In this document: one piece after another, positions 28,232 through 47,194 of the stretch
Layout: every line of letters begins with the position of its first letter
How positions within the stretch are numbered: position 1 is the first letter of the stretch
Notes under the pieces: model-generated
The model's database searches: none
What the model was told of the DNA's origin: nothing
What the model saw: the letters and a program-made list of their open reading frames with translations, nothing else
Made by a program: the position numbers and the translations under genes
Source of the DNA: the human T2T-CHM13v2.0 reference genome, Homo sapiens
Strand: one strand, 5' to 3'
NCBI RefSeq assembly: GCF_009914755.1
Contig: NC_060939.1
Length of the DNA stretch: 64,000 nt

Positions 28232-29826
28232 GTACAGCCATGCAGCCTTGACAGTTTTTAATCCACAGCACTAAATTGTGAACACTTTTTTTCTAGATGT
28301 ATATTTTCTTAAGGATCTATTCTGAATGTTAAATGATAGTACGCAAATAATTCTAATGATTCATTGGGGTTTAACCATGTTTGTGCATAGTCTGCAGAAC
28401 ATTATAATACTAAAGACTGAGAGGGTTGAAGTTTAACCTTATTTTGGGTTTGTGTAAATTGTGAAAAAATATTAACTAGATGCAGCATGGGTTAAACGCT
28501 CACATCTTCATGAAGGGATCTTTTTCCAGGAAGTAGAATTATTCAAAGAGGCTCGTCAGGACTCTGGCAGCCGTTTGTCTGTTTCATTCACTCAGGAGCC
28601 TCTTGGGGGTGCTCTGGTGCCGCCAGCCTCTCCGCTCTCTCCATGCTGTGGAGCAGGTGAGGGCAGCAGCGAGGCACAGGGTCAGGGCTACGGGACGTTC
28701 GCATAGAGGAGGCGACGTGATTGAGTGTAAGAGGGATGGGAGCTTTCATGGCTGGCAACATAGAGGATTAGAGATGTTCATTCCAAAATCTTTCTTGCTG
28801 TGTAATACATTAAAAATCTGGACAAAATATCAGAGACAAAAATAAAACTATCAGTACTCAGTTTGGCAATCAGAAATTACCCTAACAGAAACCCTCAGAT
28901 AGCAGGGCCCTTCTGGGAGCAAGGGTCCAGATGAGGCAGCCACTGCCTTGGACAGGTGGGAGGCCTCCCCCAGTCCTAGAACGAGCTGGAAAGATGGTGG
29001 GGGTGCAAAGGGAGAAAGCAAGAAACGGGTGTGGGCAGGAAGGGAGGAGGTTGGCCATGAGCTCTTCTGAACTCCAGCTTCTTCTCAGGTCTGGGAACCT
29101 CCGAGGTGAAGGTTCATTTTAAAGGGCCTGGTTGTGTTTCCAGTCTCCCTGGCAGAGATCAAAAGACGCTGAGCAACTTGAGAGCACGTGGGGCGGTGCA
29201 CGTGCTCCCTGCAGTCATGCTGGGAGATGCCGAGTGTGAACACCTAGAAGGCCGTGTAGAGTTGTTCTTCAGGAACTGAGAAGGACTGTTGTACAAAAAA
29301 AGACCTTCCGCTGTTTTGTCTCCATGGATTCCGATGGAGAGTCGTTGTTCTTATCTCTTCTTTTGTATGAAATGTCTGTTTTCTCTGGTTGCTTTTCGTA
29401 TTTTGTGTTATCTTTGGTTTTCTGCAGTTTCCCTAAGCTGGGCTCATGTATACAATGGTGGCACACCCCGCCCACCCCACCGTCCTCCTTGAAATTTATT
29501 TAAGCTGCTTGCATCTTTGGCTTGATTTTTGTTCCCCTACCAAATTTGGAAACTTTTGACTGCTGTTTTTTCCCCCTGCCTTGCTCTTTTTGTTCTTTTC
29601 TGGAAATACTATTATACATCTGTTACACTGTTAGTGAGTTTCCTTTTATGACTTTAATAGAAAGTCTTTCTTCTCCTTGTTAGTAGCTTGGTTAGTTTGT
29701 CTTGATCTGTTTGAAAGGTCAAGATGCTTTGCTTTGTTGGGCCTAATCTGTTGTTATATCCATCCAAGACATACTTTATTTTATATTTCTCACATCTCTT
29801 ATTTCCATTTGGCTCTCATTTAATAG

Positions 29827-30188
<362 letters not shown>

Positions 30189-31912
30189 CAAATCTATCTT
30201 TTGCTGTACATTTTAAAACATATTTCTGATAGTTATGTTGAATTTCTTGTTTGCTAATTCTAACATCTGCCCACCTGTTGGTCTGCTGCTCTTTGCAGTT
30301 TTTTTCCCTTGATTATAGTCAGTTATTGGTTGTTGTCCTTCACATATGAGAATTTTTATTTCATTCTGGATTCTTTGGACGCTACATTGTATTGGCTCTG
30401 GGTTCTGCCTCCTCTGGAGAATGGGGAGTTTTCTTCTCACAGGCAGTTCAGTACCTGGCAGTCCTCCTTGATCCTGAGGTGGCTTGGTGCCAGGCTTTCT
30501 AATGATTTTTTATTTGCCCTTAGCCCTGGTTGTGGATCCTTAATTCTCAAGGATTTAGAATCTCTTCTGGGCGTCACTGGAAGCCTTGACATTCTCCTCC
30601 CCACCTCTAGTTGGTTGAGCTTGAGCCTCAGATGCTGTCCTGGCCCTGGGCAGCTGGGGAGCCCCTGCAGCCTTCCAGCGGTCCCTTTGTGCCGAGCGCA
30701 GGCTCTTCAGTGGTGCTTCAGTTTAGATTCAGCTGTAGATTTGCGGGTAGTCCGTCCGCATATTTCGTGGTTTTCCCTCTGTGGTTTCTTTCTCAGGCGG
30801 GCTTTCCCTCACATTCTGGTTGCTCTGGCAGGCCGGGACCCCAGCCCCTGCAGTGCAGGAAGGTGCGCCGTCTGTGGTTAAATGCGCGTCTTACCTGCAG
30901 GCTTCTCGGTGTCAGGGGTTGTGCTTGTTTTATTGCTGATTGCGTCAGCTGTTCTCCAGTGCCCTCAAGCAGTTTTAAAAAATATTTTATCCAGAGTTCA
31001 TGATTATTATCAGCCAAGGGTTAGTCCAATGCACCCTAACTCCCCATTATCAGAACCAGAACTCTTGGCTCAATCTGGCTCTGAATTTTAAACTTTTAGG
31101 ATGAAACCTGTCACTTCCAAGTTACCCAGACTTCGCTGCAAAACCCTAGGCTTTGATACTTCCTGAGCACCGGGGGGCTCCACAGTGTCCTCGGTTTCTT
31201 CCTGATTCCTTCCTCACATGCTCCGTTTAACAAAATAGCAAGTCAGTGCTATGAGAGCAGCTGGGGAGGAGGACCAGGGAGTTACAGACAGATCAGGGAA
31301 GTGCTATTTGTGCTGTAGGTGGGGAGTTCCCAGCTGCAGAGACTGGCAGTTTAGATGTTCACTGATTCATTGCAGTGTGTTTCCCAACTAATACTCTTTT
31401 ATTTCTCTTACTTTTTAATACCTTGTTTAACCTCACTGTGGTTATTTAACCCTTGAATAGTTGAGGGTTGTTTTAATGGTACATGAGAGTCCTGTGTCAT
31501 TTCTGGCCTGTCTAAAACACAGGTGCCTGTGGCCGCCACCACAGTGCCTGGTTAAGGCAGGGGGAATGCCTTTCTCCCTGCTCCTTCAAGCCCCTGTGAC
31601 TGTTCGCTTGGGGCTGTAATGAAGTTTTCCTTAATGGACATTGATACTTGGCTAATTTAGTAGGCTCTCTGTCTGCTGAAACAGGCAAGTTATTTTACCC
31701 CCACGTATTTTCTCTGCATTAAACCGTGAAACTTGGCTTTGTCATTTTCTAACATGTTTTAGGAACTCATTGAAAAACACACATGTGAATGCGGGCTTTC
31801 TAGACTTGCATACTGCAGTTCACAGTAGAAGGCCATCACCCCTGTGTTCCTAGACTGTGTAAGCTAGCTGAGGGCACTTCCCAAATCTCCCAGGACCCTC
31901 TTGTCTGCCCAG

Positions 31913-32180
31913 GCTGCTGCACTGGCCGTTTGCCAGTGCTTGGCTGTGGAGTCCACTCACCCTTCGAGCCCAGGATTTGAAGACTGCAGCTCCAGTGAGG
32001 CCACCACGCCTGTCGCCGTGCAGCACATCCGCCCTGCCAGAGTGAAGAGGCGCAAGCAGTCGCCCGTTCCCGCTCTGCCGATCGTGGTGCAGCTCATGGA
32101 GATGGGATTTTCCAGAAGGAACATCGAGTTTGCCCTGAAGTCTCTCACTGGTGCTTCCGGGAATGCGTCCGGCTTGCCTG
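31913..32180 (+). pseudogene. HERC2-like exon incl. UBA-like start (AAALAVCQCL...QLMEMGFSRRNIEFALK...)
   Basis: gcccag|GCT ... G|gtact. Confidence 0.92.
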
Positions 32181-32277
32181 GTACTTCGTTTTCCTGGCCT
32201 CTGCTTGTACGTGTGTGGGTTCCCGCTTCAGGGCTGTTGACTCACAGTGGCTGGTGTGCTGTGTGTGCCTCTCTTAG

Positions 32278-32414
32278 GTGTGGAAGCCTTGGTCGGGTGG
32301 CTGCTGGACCACTCCGACATACAGGTCACGGAGCTCTCAGATGCAGACACGGTGTCCGACGAGTATTCTGACGAGGAGGTGGTGGAGGACGTGGATGATG
32401 CCGCCTACTCCATG
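32278..32414 (+). pseudogene. HERC2-like exon (VEALVGWLLD...AAYSM)
   Basis: tcttag|GT ... ATG|gtcag. Confidence 0.9.
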
Positions 32415-32973
32415 GTCAGTGCCTCCCATGTGACCGCCCGCACCTGGGCCGCTGTCCGTCTAGCGCTCTAACAGTCTTACACCTTGGCTTTCTCTGTCCC
32501 TTGAAAGAATTAACTATATCTACTGTGGACTGTTTCATAAAACCAACCTATGGTGTTGCCGGGCACAGAACAAAGCTGTGTTTCACTACTGAAGGGATGA
32601 TTGGGTTTCTATATCATAATTACTTTTAGCTTCAGAACAGACCCTTGTTCAAACATCTCATGATCTTCGCTAGCCATTAGAGGATATTTTATTAAAATAC
32701 CATGTTTTGACACATCAGTTTCTGACCTGAGTAAATTGTTCATAGGATTAATTTGGAAGTGCCTTGGAAATTTTGTATACTTGTAGCTTTTGAGATTCAT
32801 TTCTGCCTACTATGCTACTGCTATTAGTCTTTTTTAAATGAAGATTTTTATAGAGAAAATAAAGGATTTCATCCTTTACTTTTTAATATTATAGATTTCA
32901 CAGACATTTCTTTTTGAGTAGATTTATTGAGTTCTCCTTTTTTTTTTTCTTTGAATGTATTTATTTCTTGTAG

Positions 32974-33072
32974 TCTACTGGTGCTGTTGTGACGGAGAGC
33001 CAGACGTACAAAAACCGAGCTGGTTTCTTGGGTAATGATGATTATGCTGTATATGTGAGAGAGAATATTCAG
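32974..33072 (+). pseudogene. HERC2-like exon, start of CPH domain (STGAVVTESQ...YVRENIQ)
   Basis: ttgtag|TCT ... CAG|gtgag. Confidence 0.9.
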
Positions 33073-33953
33073 GTGAGTAATTGTCTTAAGCTGGAGCCTC
33101 GATCCGTTTTTCACTCAGCAAATATCTGGGTATGTCCTATATGCCAAACATCAGTGGACAGAGGCCCCTGCCCTCAGGGAGCCTGCCTTCTGGTGCTGGA
33201 AGACATACCTGACCAGTGAGCTCATGGTACACTAGAAGGTGCTGTGTACCCTGGAATGAGAGAGAGCAGACTACAGTAAAGGGGTAGGAGTGAGGGCACA
33301 GTCCAGGGATCGGGATCTGCAATGAGAAGGTGACATGGGTGCAAAGCCTACAGGGTGTGAAGGGTGGCTGAGCAGGATGGGCACCCAGACAGAGGCTGCT
33401 GTGGCTGCCCCGGTGTAGCCAGAGGACAGAGGGGCAGATGGGCTCAGGGGCAGCCGGAGAGCACAAGTGGCCTGTCCACGGTGGACATGGCGCAGAGATG
33501 GCTGTTTTCTACTAGCCCCACTTGTGACACTTCCTACATACCTTTCCTTGTTTTTCTTATGTAATTCTCATTGCCATCAAACTTTAAAAATCTAATTATG
33601 TTTTATATAGTCCTTTATCTACTTTAAATCATTTCTTGTCCTAATTCTCTTGTTTTAGTATATTTTAGAGAAAATCCCCCAAATCATCTCATTTCACCTG
33701 TATATATGTCAGTGAGTATCACTAATAAAGAATCTTAACATAATGACATTTCTGTTTACCAGCATTACCTAACAAAATAAATAATAATTCCTTAATATCA
33801 TCTCATATCTAACGCTTGCTTGTAGTTTTCCAGTTTTCTCAGAAATGGCTTTAATGGTTAGTTTTTGAACTTGGATAAACCAAGATTGTATGCCTTATCT
33901 ACATTTGGTTGATGGATCTTTGAAGTCTATTCCAAGCTAGAGTGGTTCCCCCT

Positions 33954-34975
<1,022 letters not shown>

Positions 34976-35757
34976 TAACCCTCCTTCTCCCTTCCTCTCC
35001 TTTCATGCTATTTATTTGTGGCTGAAACCATGTCCTCCAAATGTCTTACAGTCTGCATTTGGAGGTGGCTTCCTTGTGGCTAACATCTTCCTCTCTCCCT
35101 GTTTCTCCAATGCAGTAGGAGTTAGGGTTGGAGGGTGATTGGACCAGGCTGAATCTCAGGCAGGAAGCTTCATAGGCATGTACTCCCTCCCGCCCCATCT
35201 CAACAGGCAAGCAGGTTTGGGTGGGTTAGGTCTTGTCAGCCTGCTCCTTCCTTGATGACATTCTGTATTAATTGTCCATCTCATAGCTCCAGCAGGCATT
35301 AGTGTCATCACCTAGACCTATCATTAGGGGCTGCACCATAGTGATTTTCTAACTTCATCTTCTCTGAGTTCATTAGCTGGAATTCTCTTCTGTGAAAAAA
35401 AGCTTTGTTATTAATCTTGGTTGCTCTTGATAATACAGGGAGACTTCACCAGTTTTCACAATGATGCATTGGTGTTCTGATATGTATAAAGATGACCAGG
35501 AAGCTTTGTTTTCCTTATTATCATGATGACCAATCCATTGGCTTTTAGGGTGTGATGTCTCCACTGTTATATTTTTGATGATCAGGGAATCCTTTTGAGT
35601 AATCTTTGAAAGCTCCCTTCCTTTATGATACAAGTTGATCCAGCCTCTTCCTGTATATTTCCTGCCTGAGACACAAAGCCAGACAGTGTTCTAAAGAGTT
35701 TCTCTTCCCTTTATCATTAAATAATACTTAGAATGCACTCTGGGTGCTAGATGAAAT

Positions 35758-35759
<2 letters not shown>

Positions 35760-35799
<40 letters not shown>

Positions 35800-36078
35800 A
35801 GATAGGGTCTTACTTTGTCACTCAGGCTGGAGTGCAGTGGTATGATCTTGGCTCATTGTAACCTCCACCTTCCAGGCTCAAGCAATCCTCTCAACTCAAG
35901 TCTCCCAAGTAGCTGGGACCACAGGCATGTGCCATCACATCTGGCTAATTTTTGTATTTTTGGTAGAGGTGGGTTTCGCCATGTTGCCCAGGTTTGTCTC
36001 AAACACCTGAGCTCAAGTGATCCTCCCACCTCAGCCTCCCAAAGTGCTAGGATTACAGATGTGAGCCACCGTGCCCAG
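35760..36078 (-). mobile_element. AluJ
   Basis: J-type motifs; TSD TGAAATTCTTT. Confidence 0.88.
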
Positions 36079-36176
36079 TTGAAATTCTTTATTAAGAGTA
36101 GAGTAATACTACTTATCATGGCTCATTTCACCTGTGTACATGATGGACTGGATCTCCAATTTCATTTTAATTCTAG

Positions 36177-36350
36177 GTGGGAATGATGGTTAGATGCTGC
36201 CGAACATACGAAGAAGTGTGCGAAGGTGATGTGATGTTGGCAAAGTCATCAAGCTGGACAGAGATGGATTGCATGATCTCAATGTGCAGTGTGACTGGCA
36301 GCAGAAAGGGGGCATCTACTGGTTTAGGTACATTCATGTGGAACTTATAG
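36177..36350 (+). pseudogene. HERC2-like CPH exon with 5-bp duplication frameshift; shifted frame stops at TAG 36348-36350
   Basis: VGMMVRCCRTYEEVCEGDV then GATGT repeated (36228-36237); HERC2 frame GKVIKLDRDGLHDLNVQCDWQQKGG resumes out of frame. Confidence 0.9.
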
Positions 36351-36447
36351 GTGAGCACATTCTTTGTTTAGTGCTTTTACTTTTTCTTAGAGACAGAATT
36401 CCCATAAATGAATACTGATTATAATGATTTGTTATTGAAATCTGTAG

Positions 36448-36573
36448 GCTATCCTCCACCAAGAAGTTCTTCTCACATCAAGATTGGTGATAAAGTGCGG
36501 GTCAAAGCCTCTGTCACCACACCAAAATACAAATGGGGATCTGTGACTCATCAGAGTGTGGGGGTTGTGAAAG
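36448..36573 (+). pseudogene. HERC2-like exon (YPPPRSSSHI...SVGVVK)
   Basis: ctgtag|GC ... G|gtaat. Confidence 0.9.
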
Positions 36574-37227
36574 GTAATATCATCTGGGTAATTAAATTCC
36601 TGATGTTAACTTTTCATTAATGCATATGTACTTAGTATTTCTTTTTGTTCAAGCACACAAAACAGAAAACAAGTGTGAAGAAAGAGATAGAGTGTTCCTT
36701 TGCTTGTCAGTGCCTTCTGCCAAAGGCCACAAAGGAACTCACCTGCAGTGAAACAATCAGATTTATTAATATTAACTCATTGCAGTACAGGAGAACACAC
36801 ACCTTGGGGAATGGGTGTCTCCATCAGAGGGAGTGAGCGAGGACTAATGAAGTTTATGTTGGGTATTTGGGGGAGGGGTCGAGAAAGCAGGGGTAATCCT
36901 AAAACAGGATGTCTTAATAAATTTACCTAGCAGGCAGAAAGAATGGAGCCATGCTAACGTCATGATTGGTAAGGAAGCAGTCATTCATATCACCAGGATA
37001 GGGGACTGTGTGGTTGTTTGTGGTTTGGATTAGACTCAACTTTAATCACACATGGTTAAGGAGGGGTTTTGGTTGTGCCTTGATTCATCAGTCACAGAGT
37101 GGCCTTATCTGATGTTCGTGTTCTGTAAACTTGTCCTGTCATTTGTTCTGTGAAATGGCCTAACATTGACATTAACAGGCCAGCTCCTGACTGTCAGGAC
37201 TGCTTTTTCTTTCTCCTCCCCTGATCC

Positions 37228-37482
37228 TCAGGCTGGAGTGCAGTGGCGCCATCTTGGCTCACTGCAACCTCCGCCCCCGGGTTTAAGCAGTTCTCCAGTC
37301 TCAGCCTCCAGAGTAGCTGGGATTACAGGTGCCCACCACCGTGCCTGGCTAATTTTTGTATTTTTCATAGAGATGGCGTTTCCCCATGTTGGCCAGGCTG
37401 GTCTCGAACTCCTTACCTATTGATCCGCCCACCTCGGCCTCCCAAAGTGTTGGGATTACAGGCGTGAGCCACCATGCCTGGC
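37228..37482 (-). mobile_element. AluS lacking tail
   Basis: Begins abruptly at caggctggagtgcag. Confidence 0.8.
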
Positions 37483-38389
37483 TCTTTTTCATGCTGTATA
37501 AAAATTTAGGACTGAATTTAAGAAATGGAAATGTGCTAATGATGGAAATTAGGAACTGGAAACAATTCTCAGATTATATTTAATATGATACTGTTGAGAT
37601 TCCAAATCAAATCCGTGGCACACTTTGAAAGGCACACTATGTCCGTTTTAACAGTTGCATGAGAAATAAGTATGTGTATAGTTTTATAAACTCTTGATGC
37701 ATAAAGAGATTATTTGTTTGTTCGTTTGAACCTTGTGGAAGCCTCTCTTTTCATCAGATCGCTTAGAAAATGGCCACAGTTGGTGGTTCCCCAGTGGTGA
37801 GAGGTTCCTAGAGCTTCTCATGTTACATAAGAACAAGTGGATTATTTAATATTTTACTTTAAACATTTTTCTTTGCTTAAGAGATTGTTAAAATATTTGC
37901 AAATCAAAACAAGACAAATTTTAAAAATAAGAATTTGGTTTCTTTGTTTTGAGTGACACGTTGCTCTTATCAAAGGATGAAAGAAGTCTTCATGTTATTA
38001 ATGTGGTTTTTATTCCCTGAGATACCAAAGGTATTGTATGGAATTGTTGACTTGGTGTAATTAGAAACCAAAATGTCCTATTTTAAACCTAATGCAAAAG
38101 TAAGGAATGTAGTTTACAATGAACCTCCATGTGCTCATTACCTGGCTTTAACGATTGTCGCCTCATGGCCAAAATTATTCATGCTCCCTTCTTGTGATTA
38201 TTTTGAAACCAGGCGCTGACATCATGTATTAGTTCATCCATAAGCATTTTAGTACCTATCTCTAAAAGATAGACTCTTTGTAAAAAACAAATAACTACAA
38301 TGTAGTATGACATGGCTAGGTGCAGTTTTAAGTTCAGGTTTTTATTGGTGAAGAGGAAGATGGATCAGGTGATTTTTGTTGTGTCCTGG

Positions 38390-38498
38390 CTTTCAGTGCC
38401 AATGGAAAAGATATCATTGTTGACTTTCCCCAGCAGTCTCACTGGACTGGGTTGCTATCAGAAATGGAGTTGGTGCCCAGTATTCATCCTGGGGTTAC
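38390..38498 (+). pseudogene. HERC2-like exon (FSANGKDIIV...IHPGVT) with mutated acceptor
   Basis: Expected acceptor position reads cctGG|CTTTC; donor AC|gtgag intact. Confidence 0.85.
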
Positions 38499-38604
38499 GT
38501 GAGTTATTTTTATGATTGCTAGATTTGCTTTGGGACGAATGGTTTTCTGTTGAATTAAGTTTAATAAATGACCTTTCTTAACTCAGTTGCTATTTTACAA
38601 ATAG

Positions 38605-38744
38605 GTGTGATGGATGTCAGATGTTTCCTATCAATGGATCCAGATTCAAATGCAGAAACTGTGATGACTTTGATTTTTGTGAAACGTGTTTCAAGACCAA
38701 AAAACACAATACCAGGCATACATTTGGCAGAATAAATGAACCAG
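38605..38744 (+). pseudogene. HERC2-like ZZ zinc-finger exon; last collinear exon
   Basis: CDGCQMFPINGSRFKCRNCDDFDFCETCFKTKKHNTRHTF; aatag|G ... G|gtatg. Confidence 0.93.
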
Positions 38745-39084
38745 GTATGGCAGAATGTTTATATTCTCTCTTCCACCAAATATTAATGAAATACTTATTG
38801 TGGACCACAGTGTACTGGAATTTGTTATTTTAAGGTTCCTTTGCATATGGTAATTCTGTAGAGTGAGTACAGTGAGACGGAAGTGACGGTCCTACCCGCT
38901 GATGACTGGCTGGCTTTTTAAAAAAATCAGGATGGGGTATCGGGGAAGAATTAGAATAACTAGGCTTGTTTGCTTGTTTTTCCATAAAGAAACATTAAAA
39001 GAATCTCAAGAAACTAGTAAGTGTTTAGTTGCGTGGCATGTGGAATTGGTTAGATGGAGAGTGAGTGTTTTAATTTGTATACCT

Positions 39085-39703
<619 letters not shown>

Positions 39704-39885
39704 TATAAGGAGTGTATGTGTTATATACATTTTTAGTTTTAGTAGTTACTGAAGATATTAATTATAACATCTATTTTTGACTGATTTAAATCTATTATTA
39801 TTTAGTAAAGTCTCCTCCTAAACAATGCAAAGACCTTAGTTCTCTTTAACATCATTTATCTTCATTCTGATTTATATGTTCTTAA

Positions 39886-40197
<312 letters not shown>

Positions 40198-40232
40198 AAA
40201 ATTTTATACATTTTATACAAATATATATCTAA

Positions 40233-40921
<689 letters not shown>

Positions 40922-41869
40922 TCAAACAATACATGCAGGGCATATGACGATTTTATGTAGTCAATATTCATTTAGATTTTTCTGCATACTTTGTAATTTC
41001 TCTCCACTTTTTTCTTCCTCTTTAATTTTCCATCTGTACTGTTTTTCTCCTGCCTGAAAATCCCCTTAATATTTTTAAAAATGTGTCTTTGTTGGTTACA
41101 AATTATCTATTTTTGTATGTCTGAAAATGTCTTTATTTCTCCTTTATTTTTGAAAAGTCTTTTTGCTAGGTGTTTTCTTTCAGCACTTTAAAAATAGTAT
41201 TCCATTGCAATTTGGTTTATATTATTTCTCCTGAAGTTGGATGGAAGTCTAATTGTGGTTCATTTTATTTTTCCTTCGTCTGCTTTTCAGAGAGTCTTTT
41301 TGTTTTCATCTTGCACAGGTTTTACATGTGCATGGAGATGTTTATCTTTCTTGGGGTTGGTAGGGCTTCTGGGGCATGATATCTGTTGTCTGTTTTGGAA
41401 AATTCTGTCTTTCAGTATTTCTTCACATTTTGCCTCTGCTCTATTCTCTTTTCTATCTTTTTGGGGGGACTCTTCTTCCACTTGTGTTAGGCCTAACCTC
41501 TGTCCTGCAGATCTTTTACCTTCTTGTTATGTTTTCTAAACTTTTGCTCCTCAGTTCTTCATTCCAGATATTTTTACTTTCTCTTCAGCTGAGTTCAGTG
41601 TGTTCTAAACTTACTCATTAAGTTCTTAATTTTAAATATTGGATTTATCAGTTCTAGTCTTTCTATTTTATTTTCAGTAGTTTTTGGTTCTCTGCTGAAA
41701 TATTATCTTTTTGAACACAGTAAGCATATTTATTATACTAAAGTCTGTGTCTTCTGACTCCAATATATGGAGCCCTTGTGGGTCTGTTTCTCTCCTATCA
41801 TTTCTGGTCATTTTTAGTCACTTTTTTTGCCTCTTCATGTGTCATTATGTACTGGACACCTAACAAATA

Positions 41870-43825
<1,956 letters not shown>

Positions 43826-44123
43826 CAAAAGAGCCCAGTACAGTGCCTGTAGCTCTCAGGCAGTTATTAGGAGTCCTGTTCACACACAAGGACAGCGCTG
43901 TGAGTTTACCTGATCATAAACACAAGAATCAGCAACATACTTTCTTCTAAAACTTTCATTCCAGCATGTATAAATCGCATGAGAGCACACCATAATTCTT
44001 CTGTGTCTTTAGATTCATAATGTAGTTAACGCAGCACTACAACCTCTAATGTGTTGGCACAATTAAATAAATGTAAAGTTGCTGTAACCTACAGAAAAAT
44101 CTCAGGATACAAATCTGTGTTAC

Positions 44124-44349
44124 CTAAATAGGAAGCACCTAAAGGGTCTCTTGCAGTCTGGAAGAGGACGGGCTCGTGGACAGAGGGCGTGGCCACATCC
44201 ACAGTTGTCCACGCCACACTGTGGGACGACCCACAAGCCACACACATGATCTTCTGGCCTTCTAAGCCTTGCACGAGCGTGGGCTTCCTGTTAACCGTGG
44301 TCGTGCCATTGCCCTGCTGGCCGTGGTCATTGTCACCCCAAGCATACAC
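44124..44349 (-). pseudogene. Inverted HERC2 RLD2 exon 3 of 3 (VYAWGDNDHGQQGNG...GASYL)
   Basis: Minus-strand ORF 44089..44388; aaacag|GTG ... G|gtaac. Confidence 0.92.
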
Positions 44350-44988
44350 CTGTTTACGAGGAGAAAAAAGCTTATAATTTTTCAACATTTCAGGACATTT
44401 TCTTTAATGTAATTTTTACTTCAAAATGCTTAACGTGTATGCCATGGTATTTGAAAGAATTGAGTTCTTAAAAGTAAAAGCAAACCATTTCACAATCTTA
44501 CAAAATGGCATCGGTGTACTATAATTCTGAAGAAAATCTAACCATGAAAATGCCAATAACCATAAAAGGAGTATTTTCTTAATATTAATCAAATTAATTC
44601 TGCTTTGTTGCAAGTCACACAGAAGGTCCTCTCTTCAACTAAGTGCAATAATTTTTTCCCTTTTACTTTGCAAAGAAAAATGACCAAAAACAATATGCTC
44701 ATTTTTCAAGTAAGTAGCTCCTTGGCCTTATAGAATTATAAAGTATAATTCATTTTGACTAAAAAACAGTAATGGTAATTTTGTTTTCATAAATAAAATT
44801 TTAAATTGAATATCCACAAGCCGGTCATAGCATATGCTTCTCCAAGCAGAAGAGAGTGTAACACTTGTCAGGCACTAGCTCTGTCTCTAAAATGAGGCAT
44901 GGGTGCCTCCTCACCAGTTAGCAATTTCCTAAAGCAAAGTCTTGTTAATACCTTGCAGTAGGAGCATCTTCAAGAATAACAATCTTTT

Positions 44989-45499
<511 letters not shown>

Positions 45500-45539
45500 T
45501 CAGGATGGCACGCCACCCCCAGGCCACCTGCAGCCTTAC

Positions 45540-45684
45540 CTGCCCCGAGTCCGTGACCGCCAGGCAGTGCAGGGCCCCGACAGCCACATGCACGATCTTC
45601 TTCCCTCTCAGCCCTTCCACCACCTACAGTTTCCACACGTGCACGTCAGAGCCCTGGCGCAACCTGAAGTAATCCCCCTTTCCC
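45540..45684 (-). pseudogene. Inverted HERC2 RLD2 exon 2 of 3 with nonsense codon
   Basis: [47 protein letters not shown]; TAG at 45626-45624; splice sites intact. Confidence 0.92.
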
Positions 45685-46015
45685 CTGAGAAGGAGGCCCG
45701 TGGTGGAGTGTTACAATATAGTTGTGGTCTGACAATGCTATACAAGAAGACACTCATTGTCTCACATCTTTCACAGCCAGCTCAATGACATCACACACAG
45801 CACCCAAGGTCTTCGAACTTGTATTCAAAATCATACACCATTAATTCAAATTAACTTATTAAGTCAGCTGGGAAAAACCTTAATACCTTAATACATGTTC
45901 TACAATATTTAAGTTACTGTTGTAGGTTTTCATATAGACTGAAAATAAGACACATTACTGCAAACACCTATCCAAAGTCCTATCTGGTATACATCTTTCT
46001 CAGAGTGCCAATGTC

Positions 46016-46419
<404 letters not shown>

Positions 46420-46792
46420 TTAATATAATAAGCTTTTACAAGAAATACATGTTAACTTTCTCAGGATCAAAGGATTCAGAAGGCTATTTTGCTCTCATTT
46501 TATCCTTAGGCTTCAGCAGAAGAAACACTTCCTATAAATCTCGCCCAAACAGGAAAGGTAAGTGGCCTAAAATTTTTCTAGTATTTTCAAAATGACCCAG
46601 TTACAATAGGAAATTTCTTCTTGTACTATTGTCACTAATCCCGACTCAATATCCTTTAAAGGACAAAGATGCATGCATAAGTAAAAATATGACAGGTCAC
46701 AATCACGCCGGGGTGGTCCTGGGGCGAGGCCCAAGTTCCCTGCACGCGCCGGCACAAGCACACACACTGTGACGGGGAGGACGTTTACGTAC

Positions 46793-46964
46793 CATGTCCA
46801 CACCACTCCAGACTTGGTGAGCGCCAGTAGGAACTGAGCTCCACACTCAATCTGGCACACCCCCTGTCCATTTAGTCTCTCAATGTTCTGGGGAATGTTG
46901 CAGCCTTCACTTCCGCCCCGGCCCAATTTTCCAAAGTCACCATCACCCCAGGAAAATACCAAAC
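46793..46964 (-). pseudogene. Inverted HERC2 RLD2 (RCC1-like) exon 1 of 3 ([20 protein letters not shown]...VVWTW)
   Basis: Minus-strand ORF 46567..47094 contains it; acctag|GT ... TG|gtacgt. Confidence 0.92.
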
Positions 46965-46978
46965 CTAGGTTTAAAAAT

Positions 46979-47030
46979 AGGGAAGGGAAGGGAAGGGAAG
47001 GGAAGGGAGAGAAGAAAGGAAAGATAAAGA
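46979..47030. repeat. (GGGAA)n purine tract; polypyrimidine tract of the inverted exon
   Basis: Direct reading. Confidence 0.85.
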
Positions 47031-47194
47031 AAGCCCAACCTCCTTCCAAAATGTCATGAGAATCTTGAGCACATATGGTCCTTGGCATGACCACATGACC
47101 TGCAGAGCCCCTGTTATAGAACTCATTTTTATATTTTCCTTAGTATAACAGTTAATATAATATGTCATTTTTGTTAATAGTGTCTTTTTGTCAT

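Noticed and set aside
30309-31003. 190-aa and 130-aa ORFs
   Set aside because: Intronic, within decayed L1-like sequence, non-ATG starts and no recognisable domain.
36730-37220. Possible old LTR fragment
   Set aside because: Looks repeat-like, but I could not assign family or ends with confidence.
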